From assembly GCA_045546195.1 (NCBI GenBank), contig JAZQCH010000001.1, positions 231,489 through 295,488 of the forward strand: a stretch of 64,000 nucleotides of DNA, written 5' to 3'. A program made the position numbers and the translations under genes. Position 1 is the stretch's first letter, and every line of letters starts with the position of its first letter. This document shows, in pieces, positions 1 through 7,541 of the stretch. This DNA is from Candidatus Enterousia sp. (lineage in GTDB: Bacteria; Pseudomonadota; Alphaproteobacteria; Rs-D84). Below the pieces are notes generated by a model. That model was given only the letters and a program-made list of their open reading frames with translations, searched no databases and was not told the origin of the DNA.

Positions 1-13
1 CAAGGGACAATAA

Positions 14-889
14 ATGTCATCAATTTTTGTATTCCCAGGCCAGGGCGCGCAAAGCGTTGGCATGGGACATGAACTGTATGAATCAAATTCGGACGCACGC
101 GCGGTGTTTGACGCGGTGGATGCGGCATTGGGCGAAAAACTGTCGGACGTAATCTTTAATGGTCCGGTCGATACTTTAACATTGACCGCAAATGTTCAGC
201 CGGCAATTATGGCGACCTCTATTGCTATGATGCGTGCGGCGGGGTGTGCACTGCCCGAATATGTGGCGGGACATTCCCTGGGGGAATATACTGCGCTGTG
301 TGCGGCGGGTGCGTTATCGGTTGGCGACGCGGCAAAATTATTGCGTGTGCGTGGCAATGCGATGCAGGCTGCTGTACCTGTGGGTGACGGTCTGACGGCG
401 GTGATTCTGGGGTTGGATATTGATGCGGTGCGTGAAATTTGCGCGCAAACAGATTGCGATGTTGCCAACGACAATTCCCCGGGCCAGGTTGTAATTTCGG
501 GCCTGCGTGAAACGGTTGAAAAAACAATGGAATTGGCAAAATCCAGTGGGGCCAAGCGTGCCATGCCATTGGCATTGTCTGTGCCGGTTCATTGTCGTGT
601 ACAATCACCTGCGGCGGATGCGATGCGTGCGGCATTGGATTCGGTTGAATTTAAAAAGCCAATTGTTCCAATTATATTGAATAAAACGTGCACGCCAACA
701 ACGGACATTGATGAAATCAAAGATGCGCTGGTCTATCAAATGACGCATGGCGTTCGTTGGCGCGAAAGTGTTTTGAACATGGCGAACCTGGGCATTACAG
801 AAATGATAGAGGTTGGACCCGGTTCTGTTTTAACGGGCCTGTGTTCACGCATTACTGATAAAATAACCGCAAAGAAATTGGAGATATAA
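14..889 (+). CDS. fabD: malonyl CoA-ACP transacylase
   Basis: 291-aa ORF with N-terminal 'FVFPGQGAQSVGMG' and active-site 'GHSLGEY' motif typical of FabD; followed immediately by fabG. Confidence 0.9.
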   Translation: MSSIFVFPGQGAQSVGMGHELYESNSDARAVFDAVDAALGEKLSDVIFNGPVDTLTLTANVQPAIMATSIAMMRAAGCALPEYVAGHSLGEYTALCAAGALSVGDAAKLLRVRGNAMQAAVPVGDGLTAVILGLDIDAVREICAQTDCDVANDNSPGQVVISGLRETVEKTMELAKSSGAKRAMPLALSVPVHCRVQSPAADAMRAALDSVEFKKPIVPIILNKTCTPTTDIDEIKDALVYQMTHGVRWRESVLNMANLGITEMIEVGPGSVLTGLCSRITDKITAKKLEI

Positions 890-891
890 CT

Positions 892-1620
892 ATGTTTGAT
901 TTAACTGGCAAAGTTGCTTTGATCACAGGCGCAACCGGCGGTATCGGTGGCGCAATTGCGCGTAAAATGCGCGAAGCGGGCGCGACCGTTGTTGTATCGG
1001 GCCGTAATGTCGCCAAAATGGACGCAGAATTCGGCGATGAATATATCAAAATTCCATGCGACCTGGCGGCGGATGGCGGGGCGGTTGAATTGGTTATGAA
1101 TACGATTGAACGGGCGGGCAAAATCGATATCTTGATTAACAACGCGGGCATCACACGCGACACATTGTTAATGCGCATGACCGACGATCAGTTTGACGAA
1201 GTCATCAACACCAACCTGCGTTCATGTTTCAAGATGTGCCGTGCGGCAATCATGCCAATGATGAAGAATCGCTTTGGCCGTATTATCAACATGGCGTCAA
1301 TCATCGGCACCATCGGTGGCCCAGGCCAGGCAAACTATGCCGCATCCAAGGGTGGCATGATTGCCATGACAAAATCCATCGCTGCCGAGGTTGCGTCCCG
1401 TGGCATCACCGCCAACGCGATTGCGCCGGGCTTTATCAAAACCCCAATGACGGATGTTCTGCCCGACGAACTGAAAAAAACATATCTGGCGCAAATTCCG
1501 GCGGGTCGTTTTGGCGAACCAGACGATATTGCGAACGCGTGTGTGTTCTTGGCATCCGACGAAGCGTCATACATCAACGGCCAAACCCTGCATGTAAATG
1601 GTGGTATGGGGCGTTTCTAA
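892..1620 (+). CDS. fabG: 3-oxoacyl-ACP reductase (SDR family)
   Basis: 242 aa; Rossmann motif 'ITGATGGIGGAIA', 'NNAGITRD', catalytic 'YAASKGG' pattern; 3 bp after fabD stop. Confidence 0.9.
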   Translation: MFDLTGKVALITGATGGIGGAIARKMREAGATVVVSGRNVAKMDAEFGDEYIKIPCDLAADGGAVELVMNTIERAGKIDILINNAGITRDTLLMRMTDDQFDEVINTNLRSCFKMCRAAIMPMMKNRFGRIINMASIIGTIGGPGQANYAASKGGMIAMTKSIAAEVASRGITANAIAPGFIKTPMTDVLPDELKKTYLAQIPAGRFGEPDDIANACVFLASDEASYINGQTLHVNGGMGRF

Positions 1621-1623
1621 TCA

Positions 1624-3267
1624 ATGAAACATTATGATGTAATCATTATTGGTGGCGGACATGCGGGCACGGAATCGGCCGCCGCGTCCGCCCGTCGTGG
1701 TGCGAAAACATTGTTGTTAACCATGGCGCAATCCGACCTGGGGGCGTTATCGTGTAACCCCAGTATTGGTGGTCCCGGCAAATCCCAGATGGTTGCCGAA
1801 ATGGATGCGTTTGGTGGCGTTATGCCGCGTGCCGCCGACCGTGCGGGGATTCATTGGCGCACATTGAATGCGACACATGGCGCGGCGACACGCGCCCTGC
1901 GTGCGCAAATCGACCGTGATTTATATCATAATGCGATTGTTGATATTTTGTCGGAATATAAAAATCTGGATGTTGTTTTTGAACCGGTTGAATCTGTGGA
2001 TTTAGAAAACGCAATCGTTAACAACAAATATCATGCGCGCGCAATTGTTTTAACGACGGGAACATTTTTGAACGGCACGGTCACCCGTGGTGCGGAAAAA
2101 ATCCCGTCGGGACGTTTAATGGACGACGGCACATACCAAGACCGCGACCAAAATATATCAAATATTTTACAGAACGCGGGCTTTCGCATGTTGCGCCTGA
2201 AAACGGGCACGCCTGCGCGCATAAAACGCGATTCGATTGATTTTTCCGTCTGTGAAATTCAACCCGGCGACACGCCCCACGATTGGTTTTCCGACGGCGA
2301 TGAAAACAATAATTATGACGCGGTCTGCTATATCACACATACAACCGAAACTACGCACCAGATTATTCGTGATAACATCAAAAACGCGCCAATGTACAAC
2401 GGCGACATTCGTGGCACCGGCCCGCGCTATTGCCCCAGTCTGGAAGACAAGGTTATGCGTTTCCCCGAACATACATCACACCATGTGTTCCTTGAACCTG
2501 AGGGCTATGCCAGCGACCTTATCTATCCCAACGGCATTTCCACCAGTTTTGGCGCCGACATCCAGGACATCTGGATTCGTTCAATCCCGGGTCTGGAAAA
2601 CTGCGAAATTGCGCGCTATGGCTATGCGATTGAATACGATGCGATTGATGCGCGCGCCCTGAACGATAAATTACAATCCACGGACCGGCCACACCTGTTC
2701 TTTGCGGGTCAAATCAACGGCACATCCGGGTACGAAGAAGCGGCGGCCCAGGGCCTGGTTGCGGGGGCAAATGCTGCGGCGTATGCGCTGAATCTGCCGT
2801 ATTTGGAAATTGACCGCACAAATTCAATGATTGGGGTACTGATTGACGACATAACAACATTGGGTGTGGATGAACCATATCGTATGTTCACATCGCGCGC
2901 GGAATACCGCCTGAAACTGCGGGCGGACAATGCGATTGCACGCCTGGGAAAAATCGGTGTGGATTTGGGGTTAATTGACGCGGCGGCATACGAACGGAAA
3001 TTGGCGGCGCGCGCCGACCAAATTGCCGAAAATGATAAATTTTATGCGGGATATATCGCGCGTAATGAACGCGAAATTGCCGCCTATAAACGCGACGCAG
3101 AATTAAAGATTCCGTCTGATTTTGTGTATTCGGGCCTGCCGGGGCTGACCAATGAATTGGTTGAAAAATTAACGGCAACGCGCCCGGAAAACATTGCCGA
3201 CCTGACGCGTATACCGGGCATGACCCCCGCCGGCATCATGGTCGTGCTAAGAAAAATCAAGGCATAA
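1624..3267 (+). CDS. mnmG: tRNA uridine 5-carboxymethylaminomethyl modification enzyme MnmG (GidA); 3' end rebuilt by an adjacent insertion
   Basis: 547 aa; FAD motif 'DVIIIGGGHAGTE', 'GPRYCPS', 'FLEPEG', 'GYAIEYD', 'FAGQINGTSGYEEAAAQGL', 'EPYRMFTSRAEYRL' aligning along MnmG rather than the shorter TrmFO; C-terminal 17 codons are duplicated downstream at 4558-4609. Confidence 0.85.
   Translation: MKHYDVIIIGGGHAGTESAAASARRGAKTLLLTMAQSDLGALSCNPSIGGPGKSQMVAEMDAFGGVMPRAADRAGIHWRTLNATHGAATRALRAQIDRDLYHNAIVDILSEYKNLDVVFEPVESVDLENAIVNNKYHARAIVLTTGTFLNGTVTRGAEKIPSGRLMDDGTYQDRDQNISNILQNAGFRMLRLKTGTPARIKRDSIDFSVCEIQPGDTPHDWFSDGDENNNYDAVCYITHTTETTHQIIRDNIKNAPMYNGDIRGTGPRYCPSLEDKVMRFPEHTSHHVFLEPEGYASDLIYPNGISTSFGADIQDIWIRSIPGLENCEIARYGYAIEYDAIDARALNDKLQSTDRPHLFFAGQINGTSGYEEAAAQGLVAGANAAAYALNLPYLEIDRTNSMIGVLIDDITTLGVDEPYRMFTSRAEYRLKLRADNAIARLGKIGVDLGLIDAAAYERKLAARADQIAENDKFYAGYIARNEREIAAYKRDAELKIPSDFVYSGLPGLTNELVEKLTATRPENIADLTRIPGMTPAGIMVVLRKIKA
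3217..3267 (+). repeat. direct repeat copy 1 of mnmG 3' terminus (within the functional ORF)
   Basis: 'gggcatgacccccgccggcatcatggtcgtgctaagaaaaatcaaggcataa' repeated at 4558-4609 with 8 mismatches in 52 nt; first 21 nt identical. Confidence 0.8.
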
Positions 3268-3284
3268 AAATCACAGCCCTTTTT

Positions 3285-3312
3285 GTCATTCCCGCGCAGG
3301 CGGGAATAGGGG
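3285..3312 (+). repeat. hairpin repeat copy A (attcccgc-gcag-gcgggaat; 8-bp stem, 4-nt loop)
   Basis: 'gtcattcccgcgcaggcgggaataggg' also at 4130-4158 (+) and 4523-4551 (-); followed by 'cttgaaaa' -35-like box. Confidence 0.8.
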
Positions 3313-3320
3313 CTTGAAAA

Positions 3321-3650
3321 TTACTGTCCTTGTTTGAATCCATCAACAATATATTCAATAATTTTCGCAAGTATAAATGGTGTACAAAAAGCCAATATTA
3401 AATACAAAATAATAAACATATCGCCATCTAAAAAGTCATCCCAATCCGCCATAATGGCCATAATACAACACAGCACAATAGCTACAACTAGGCATAGGCG
3501 ACGAACTCCCGTATTGTTCGGAACCGCAACTAATCTAATCATTTGTAAGATTTTATTGATGTTGTTATGAAAATCATCAATAAACCAAATGATTATACCC
3601 CAAACAATACAAAATAACATAATACCTAAAATTTCTATTAACAGTTCCAT
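3321..3650 (-). CDS. small hydrophobic membrane protein (~109 aa, 2-3 predicted TM)
   Basis: ORF track 3321..3785 trimmed to internal Met 'MELLIEILGIMLFCIVWGIIIWF' whose ATG (3650) lies 4 nt after the stop of the upstream gene; strongly hydrophobic segments; AT-rich codon usage unlike neighbours. Confidence 0.45.
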   Translation of the reverse strand: MELLIEILGIMLFCIVWGIIIWFIDDFHNNINKILQMIRLVAVPNNTGVRRLCLVVAIVLCCIMAIMADWDDFLDGDMFIILYLILAFCTPFILAKIIEYIVDGFKQGQ

Positions 3651-3654
3651 CTTT

Positions 3655-4017
3655 TTATTCCTTTTTGCCGATAATTGCCCAAATGAGTGCGCTGATTGTA
3701 AAGAAAAGCCAGCCACCAAAAATACCACCCAAAGCAGAGAGTTGGTACACTGTATATTTTCTCTTAATATTTCGTTTCCAAGCAATAAACATTGGAGTAT
3801 ATGTCATGATTATTATAATTGGCACAAATATCAAAGAACGGACAAAAGATACTTTAAGGGCAATTTCTTGTGCGCTAGAATAAGCATATTCGGCATTTAA
3901 GGCGGTTTGTCTAATATCGTCATAAGTCATCGCAAATGTAAATATTATACCAATGGTGATTGCCCAAAGAAACATCCTTAATGGAAACTTATTGTTATTA
4001 AGTTGGTTTGTTTCCAT
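3655..4017 (-). CDS. small hydrophobic membrane protein (~120 aa, ~3 predicted TM)
   Basis: ORF track 3655..4134 trimmed to 'METNQLNNNKFPLRMFLWAITIGIIFTF' start preceded by AGGAGAG Shine-Dalgarno (revcomp of 4024-4030); hydrophobic stretches; forms tight operon with 3321..3650. Confidence 0.5.
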   Translation of the reverse strand: METNQLNNNKFPLRMFLWAITIGIIFTFAMTYDDIRQTALNAEYAYSSAQEIALKVSFVRSLIFVPIIIIMTYTPMFIAWKRNIKRKYTVYQLSALGGIFGGWLFFTISALIWAIIGKKE

Positions 4018-4129
4018 AATATTTTCTCTCCTTATACAAAAATAACCGCCATAATTCCCATCGGATTCATGTCTAATTATATCAGGAAAATATACAAATG
4101 TAAAATTGTGTGTATTGGATAAAAACCTT

Positions 4130-4158
4130 GTCATTCCCGCGCAGGCGGGAATAGGGTC
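4130..4158 (+). repeat. hairpin repeat copy B / left terminal inverted repeat of GIY-YIG cassette
   Basis: 'gtcattcccgcgcaggcgggaatagggtc' is the exact reverse complement of 4523-4551. Confidence 0.85.
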
Positions 4159-4187
4159 TTGAAAAAATTTGTGTGCCCTTGTACAAT
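4159..4187 (+). promoter_or_regulatory. sigma70-like promoter (TTGAAA-17 bp-TACAAT) reading into GIY-YIG gene
   Basis: -35 TTGAAA at 4159-4164, 17-bp spacer, -10 TACAAT at 4182-4187; the -35 is part of the repeat-associated 'cttgaaaa' motif also seen at 3313-3320. Confidence 0.5.
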
Positions 4188-4193
4188 TTTGAT

Positions 4194-4523
4194 ATGAAAG
4201 ATTATCACTTCTGGGTTTATATATTGTTTGATGAACGCGCCAAGGGCACTTATATTGGTGTGACGAATAATCTTGAACGGCGTATGTATGAACACAAAAT
4301 GGGATTGGACGACGGTTATACCAAAGAACATAATATTCATAAATTGGGATATTTTGAATACTACAAATATGTTAATAATGCGATTGCGCGTGAAAAACAA
4401 TTAAAGAAATGGAAACGTGCATGGAAATATCGTCTGATTGAAACCATGAATCCAAATTGGCTTGATTTGGCCGACGATTTAGAGAAAAACATAGCGTTTT
4501 GGAAAAACAAAGAAACAGAATAG
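4194..4523 (+). CDS. GIY-YIG nuclease family protein (UPF0213/YhbQ-like, stand-alone)
   Basis: 'HFWVYILFDERAKGTYIGVTNNLERRMYEHK' = GIY...YIG motif pair with the conserved Arg and Glu; ORF track gives 4173 (GTG) but ATG 4194 sits just downstream of the predicted -10; ~109 aa. Confidence 0.8.
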   Translation: MKDYHFWVYILFDERAKGTYIGVTNNLERRMYEHKMGLDDGYTKEHNIHKLGYFEYYKYVNNAIAREKQLKKWKRAWKYRLIETMNPNWLDLADDLEKNIAFWKNKETE

Positions 4524-4551
4524 ACCCTATTCCCGCCTGCGCGGGAATGAC
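4523..4551 (-). repeat. hairpin repeat copy C / right terminal inverted repeat of GIY-YIG cassette
   Basis: 'gaccctattcccgcctgcgcgggaatgac' = reverse complement of copy B; begins at the GIY-YIG stop codon. Confidence 0.85.
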
Positions 4552-4557
4552 AAAATG

Positions 4558-4609
4558 GGGCATGACCCCCGCCGGCATTATGGTGGTGCTGCGAAAGATT
4601 AAATCATAA
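4558..4609 (+). pseudogene. displaced orphan copy of mnmG 3' terminus (encodes ...GMTPAGIMVVLRKIKS*)
   Basis: 52-nt segment 85% identical to 3217-3267, in frame ending with TAA, no upstream ORF body. Confidence 0.75.
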
Positions 4610-4616
4610 AAACATC

Positions 4617-4645
4617 TTGCCAAAATTGGCGGTGTGCGGTATAAT
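4617..4645 (+). promoter_or_regulatory. sigma70-like promoter (TTGCCA-17-TATAAT) for Cys-rich protein gene
   Basis: TTGCCA 4617-4622, 17-bp spacer, TATAAT 4640-4645. Confidence 0.55.
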
Positions 4646-4672
4646 TCCAAGGAAAAATACAGGAAAAACACT

Positions 4673-4702
4673 GCCTAATCCAAAGGGACGATTAGATTAG
4701 GC
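4673..4702. promoter_or_regulatory. 30-nt palindromic element 'gcctaatc-N14-gattaggc' between promoter and start codon
   Basis: perfect 8-bp inverted arms; same 30-mer family (25/30 identical) found twice at 62009-62123 upstream of paralogous gene. Confidence 0.6.
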
Positions 4703-4755
4703 ATAATTTCCAAAAACAATTTCCCAGATTTACGCATGTTTTATCCCCCTTTGTT

Positions 4756-5793
4756 GTGCCTAAAAAAAACGTCGGTTTATTTGCGGTATTTTTGACGGCA
4801 ATAATCGGTGTTCGTGACGCGAACGCATACACCAGTTATATATGTAACGAGATTGGCTCCTGTTCAACTTACTATGTCGCCGGTGGATTCTCCACCACCG
4901 TATCATCCGTGCCAGATGTATATAGTTATGCAGAAGGTTGTGCCCAAGCTGTATGGGTCCGAACCAGTGCCGACTCAACCAGTTCTGGCGGATGCGTGTT
5001 GATTCCAACGTGTCTGTCCTGTGATGACGGGTATGAATTAACAGATAGCGCGTTGCCAATCCTGTTTAACAACAGCAATTCTGCATGTACCAGTGTCAAC
5101 AGTCAATACGACATAAAATACTGTGCCAAAAAATCTGACAGTGGGGACAGCGGCAGTACAACAACCTGCACATCCAGCAATTGTGCATCGTCTGGTTGGT
5201 CGACACACAGTACAGGATACCTGGTGCAAACATTTCGCGAATGTGTAAATGACCAATGTGTTGAAACAGTGCGATATGGTTGTGCCCAGGGTTATTTTGG
5301 ATCAGATGATGGCATAAATCCATATCTAAGTTCGGCATATGGTTGCGTTAAATGTCCGGGCTATTATGTGAGTGGCAACAGCTATGCGACAACAACCAAT
5401 ACCACGCTTGTGCCCACGGTTGCGGGCTGTTATGTTGTGGCAACCGGCGACGAAACAGAATTCTCAGACGGAACAGGAACCTATGTTTTTACCCCGTATT
5501 CCAACGCAACCGAATACTGTTATTATGATTTTGGCAGTTGTACCGGCGTTACACCGGCTTGTGCCACGTCGTCCGGCACAGCATTTGCTGTGGTTTCTGG
5601 CACCAAGGCACACGATGAAACGGGAACTCATTGCTGGTGCAATGTCAATGGCAAAAGTTTCTATTTTTCTTCGCAAAGCACTGCATCTGCTTGTGCAGCA
5701 AACTGTGATGACATGTGTTCAAATGCCGTTTTTGGATTTGGCGCAAATGGCGGTCAACCAATGGTTTCGCTAGACGACCTTGGGTGCTATTAA
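4756..5793 (+). CDS. secreted Cys/Gly/Ser/Thr/Tyr-rich protein, no recognisable domain (paralog P1)
   Basis: 345 aa, GTG start, signal peptide 'MPKKNVGLFAVFLTAIIGVRDANA', >30 Cys, low-complexity S/T/G/Y composition; compositionally similar to 62159..63316 and 30416..32557. Confidence 0.6.
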   Translation: MPKKNVGLFAVFLTAIIGVRDANAYTSYICNEIGSCSTYYVAGGFSTTVSSVPDVYSYAEGCAQAVWVRTSADSTSSGGCVLIPTCLSCDDGYELTDSALPILFNNSNSACTSVNSQYDIKYCAKKSDSGDSGSTTTCTSSNCASSGWSTHSTGYLVQTFRECVNDQCVETVRYGCAQGYFGSDDGINPYLSSAYGCVKCPGYYVSGNSYATTTNTTLVPTVAGCYVVATGDETEFSDGTGTYVFTPYSNATEYCYYDFGSCTGVTPACATSSGTAFAVVSGTKAHDETGTHCWCNVNGKSFYFSSQSTASACAANCDDMCSNAVFGFGANGGQPMVSLDDLGCY

Positions 5794-5851
5794 AATAGAT
5801 AAAAAAACCACTGGAAATTATTCTGGGGATAGATTATAGTCATTTGCGCAC

Positions 5852-5927
5852 GCCGGTGTAGCTCAGCTGGTAGAGCATCTCATTCGTAATGAGGGGGTCG
5901 TAGGTTCAAGTCCTATCACCGGCACCA
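5852..5927 (+). tRNA. tRNA-Thr (anticodon CGU)
   Basis: cloverleaf: acceptor gccggtg/caccggc, D-arm gctcagctggtagagc, anticodon loop ttCGTaa, T-arm ggttcaagtcc, encoded CCA. Confidence 0.85.
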
Positions 5928-5935
5928 CTTATCAA

Positions 5936-5958
5936 TCCCGCCTGCGCGGGATTTTTTA
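5936..5958 (+). terminator. rho-independent terminator after tRNA-Thr
   Basis: 'atcccgcctgcgcgggatttttt' hairpin plus T-run; core is the same cccgc-NNNN-gcggg hairpin as repeats A/B/C. Confidence 0.7.
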
Positions 5959-6013
5959 ATAAAAAACACCCCTGATTTATGGTATAATTACCAAAAATAT
6001 ATGGGGGAATTAC

Positions 6014-7351
6014 ATGATTCAATATAAATTTGGCAAAAGTTATTATATACAAAGCACAGGCAATGTTTTCCATGAACGCGAACTAATCGTTGTTCACGCT
6101 GAATCCAGCCGTGGTCGCCATGCGTACAGTTATGACCAGTCGCGTGGCACCGCCCGTGATTATCAAAACAGGGCCAATGATTTGGGCCTGGCCGAAGAAT
6201 ATATTGCGGAAAAACTGGCCCAGGTATCATTTCGTGCGGACGAAACACCAGTTGCGGCACATGAAAAAATAAGTAAATTTATCGATTCTAAAAATCAGTA
6301 CGCTGAATTTGATGCCTCAATCGCCGCGGATATAAACGCCCGCGAAGATTATCATGTGCGTCTGGAAAACGCCGAATACTATAAACAGGCACTGTTGGCA
6401 TTGACAAAATTTGAACCTGCGGGCGTCCAGGCTATTCTGACTGGCACAAAATATCCATTTTCCATGGCGGCGCATGATTTTGCCCGTGGCATTTCGCATC
6501 GTCAAATTAAACAAGATATTGCCAAATTGTCATCCCCGGTTAAGAAACGCCTGCGTGAATTTGCGGCGCAACGCAATTATATCCTGTCGGACGAAGCATG
6601 TAATACCGAAGCGCGCGACTATATCGACACTGTCAGGCGCAGTTATCCGCTGATTAACCATTCGCCCGAGCGCGTAGAATACATCATCGCCCGTGCGGTT
6701 GATGATATGTTGCGTGATGCGTTGGAATACAAATACTACAAACGCACTGGCAATATGGCGATATTTGTCGGTCCATATGGTCAACGCACCGCAGATTCTT
6801 TATCTGATACAGAATTGCTGGATGTTGTTGGTTGGAACGCGATGCAAAATTATGGCAATGCATTACAGGTCATCCGTCGCATGAATCAAATTATCGCCGC
6901 TGAACGCGACATAACGCCATTTATGACCGAATTGAACAAGACCCTGGGCGACGGCTATGCCAACCAAGAAATAATTCGTATGATGTTTGAAACATTGTCG
7001 CCACACTATAATAAATTCAAGCACAATAAAAAGGTCACAGAATTTATCGGTCGTCTGCGCTTTTATGTCAAAGACGCGCGCCTGGCACAGCACATGGCGG
7101 AAACATTTGGCCTAAAAGAAGCCCCAAAACCAAACAAGGACAAGGCGCGCGCCAAACTGTTGGCCGCCGCCGACCGTATTGTGTCGGGCGACAATGTGTC
7201 GGGTGTTGTCGTTATTGACCGTGAATTACAGTTGGTACGTGATTTTGCGGTCGAACCCACCCCGGAAACATTTGGTCGGATTAAGAAATCTATAAAACCA
7301 ACCGCGGTCCAGGCTGAAATCCTGCGCAAATATGGTCCGCGCCAAAAATAA
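6014..7351 (+). CDS. hypothetical cytoplasmic protein (445 aa), no recognisable domain
   Basis: ORF with extended -10 'tggtataat' and GGGGGAA SD upstream; no signal peptide or TM; adjacent to tRNA-Thr. Confidence 0.55.
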   Translation: MIQYKFGKSYYIQSTGNVFHERELIVVHAESSRGRHAYSYDQSRGTARDYQNRANDLGLAEEYIAEKLAQVSFRADETPVAAHEKISKFIDSKNQYAEFDASIAADINAREDYHVRLENAEYYKQALLALTKFEPAGVQAILTGTKYPFSMAAHDFARGISHRQIKQDIAKLSSPVKKRLREFAAQRNYILSDEACNTEARDYIDTVRRSYPLINHSPERVEYIIARAVDDMLRDALEYKYYKRTGNMAIFVGPYGQRTADSLSDTELLDVVGWNAMQNYGNALQVIRRMNQIIAAERDITPFMTELNKTLGDGYANQEIIRMMFETLSPHYNKFKHNKKVTEFIGRLRFYVKDARLAQHMAETFGLKEAPKPNKDKARAKLLAAADRIVSGDNVSGVVVIDRELQLVRDFAVEPTPETFGRIKKSIKPTAVQAEILRKYGPRQK

Positions 7352-7541
7352 AAGACATCCCGCCAACCGGCGTTATTTTTTGTTATCTGGACTTGCAATT
7401 TGTATAAATCCATTGTAATCTGTGTTGCGATGAAACAAACAACAATAATTATTATTAAATAAAACGGCAACTGCGCTTCTGCGGTGGCTGGGGCGCATAC
7501 GCGCCTTTTTTTAATATAAAAACGAAACAGGACTAAAAAAC

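Noticed and set aside
1624-3267. Initial idea that this gene is trmFO
   Set aside because: Its length (547 aa) and C-terminal motifs (GYAIEYD, FAGQINGTSGYEEAAAQGL, EPYRMFTSRAEYRL, helical MnmE-binding tail) match MnmG/GidA rather than the ~440-aa TrmFO.
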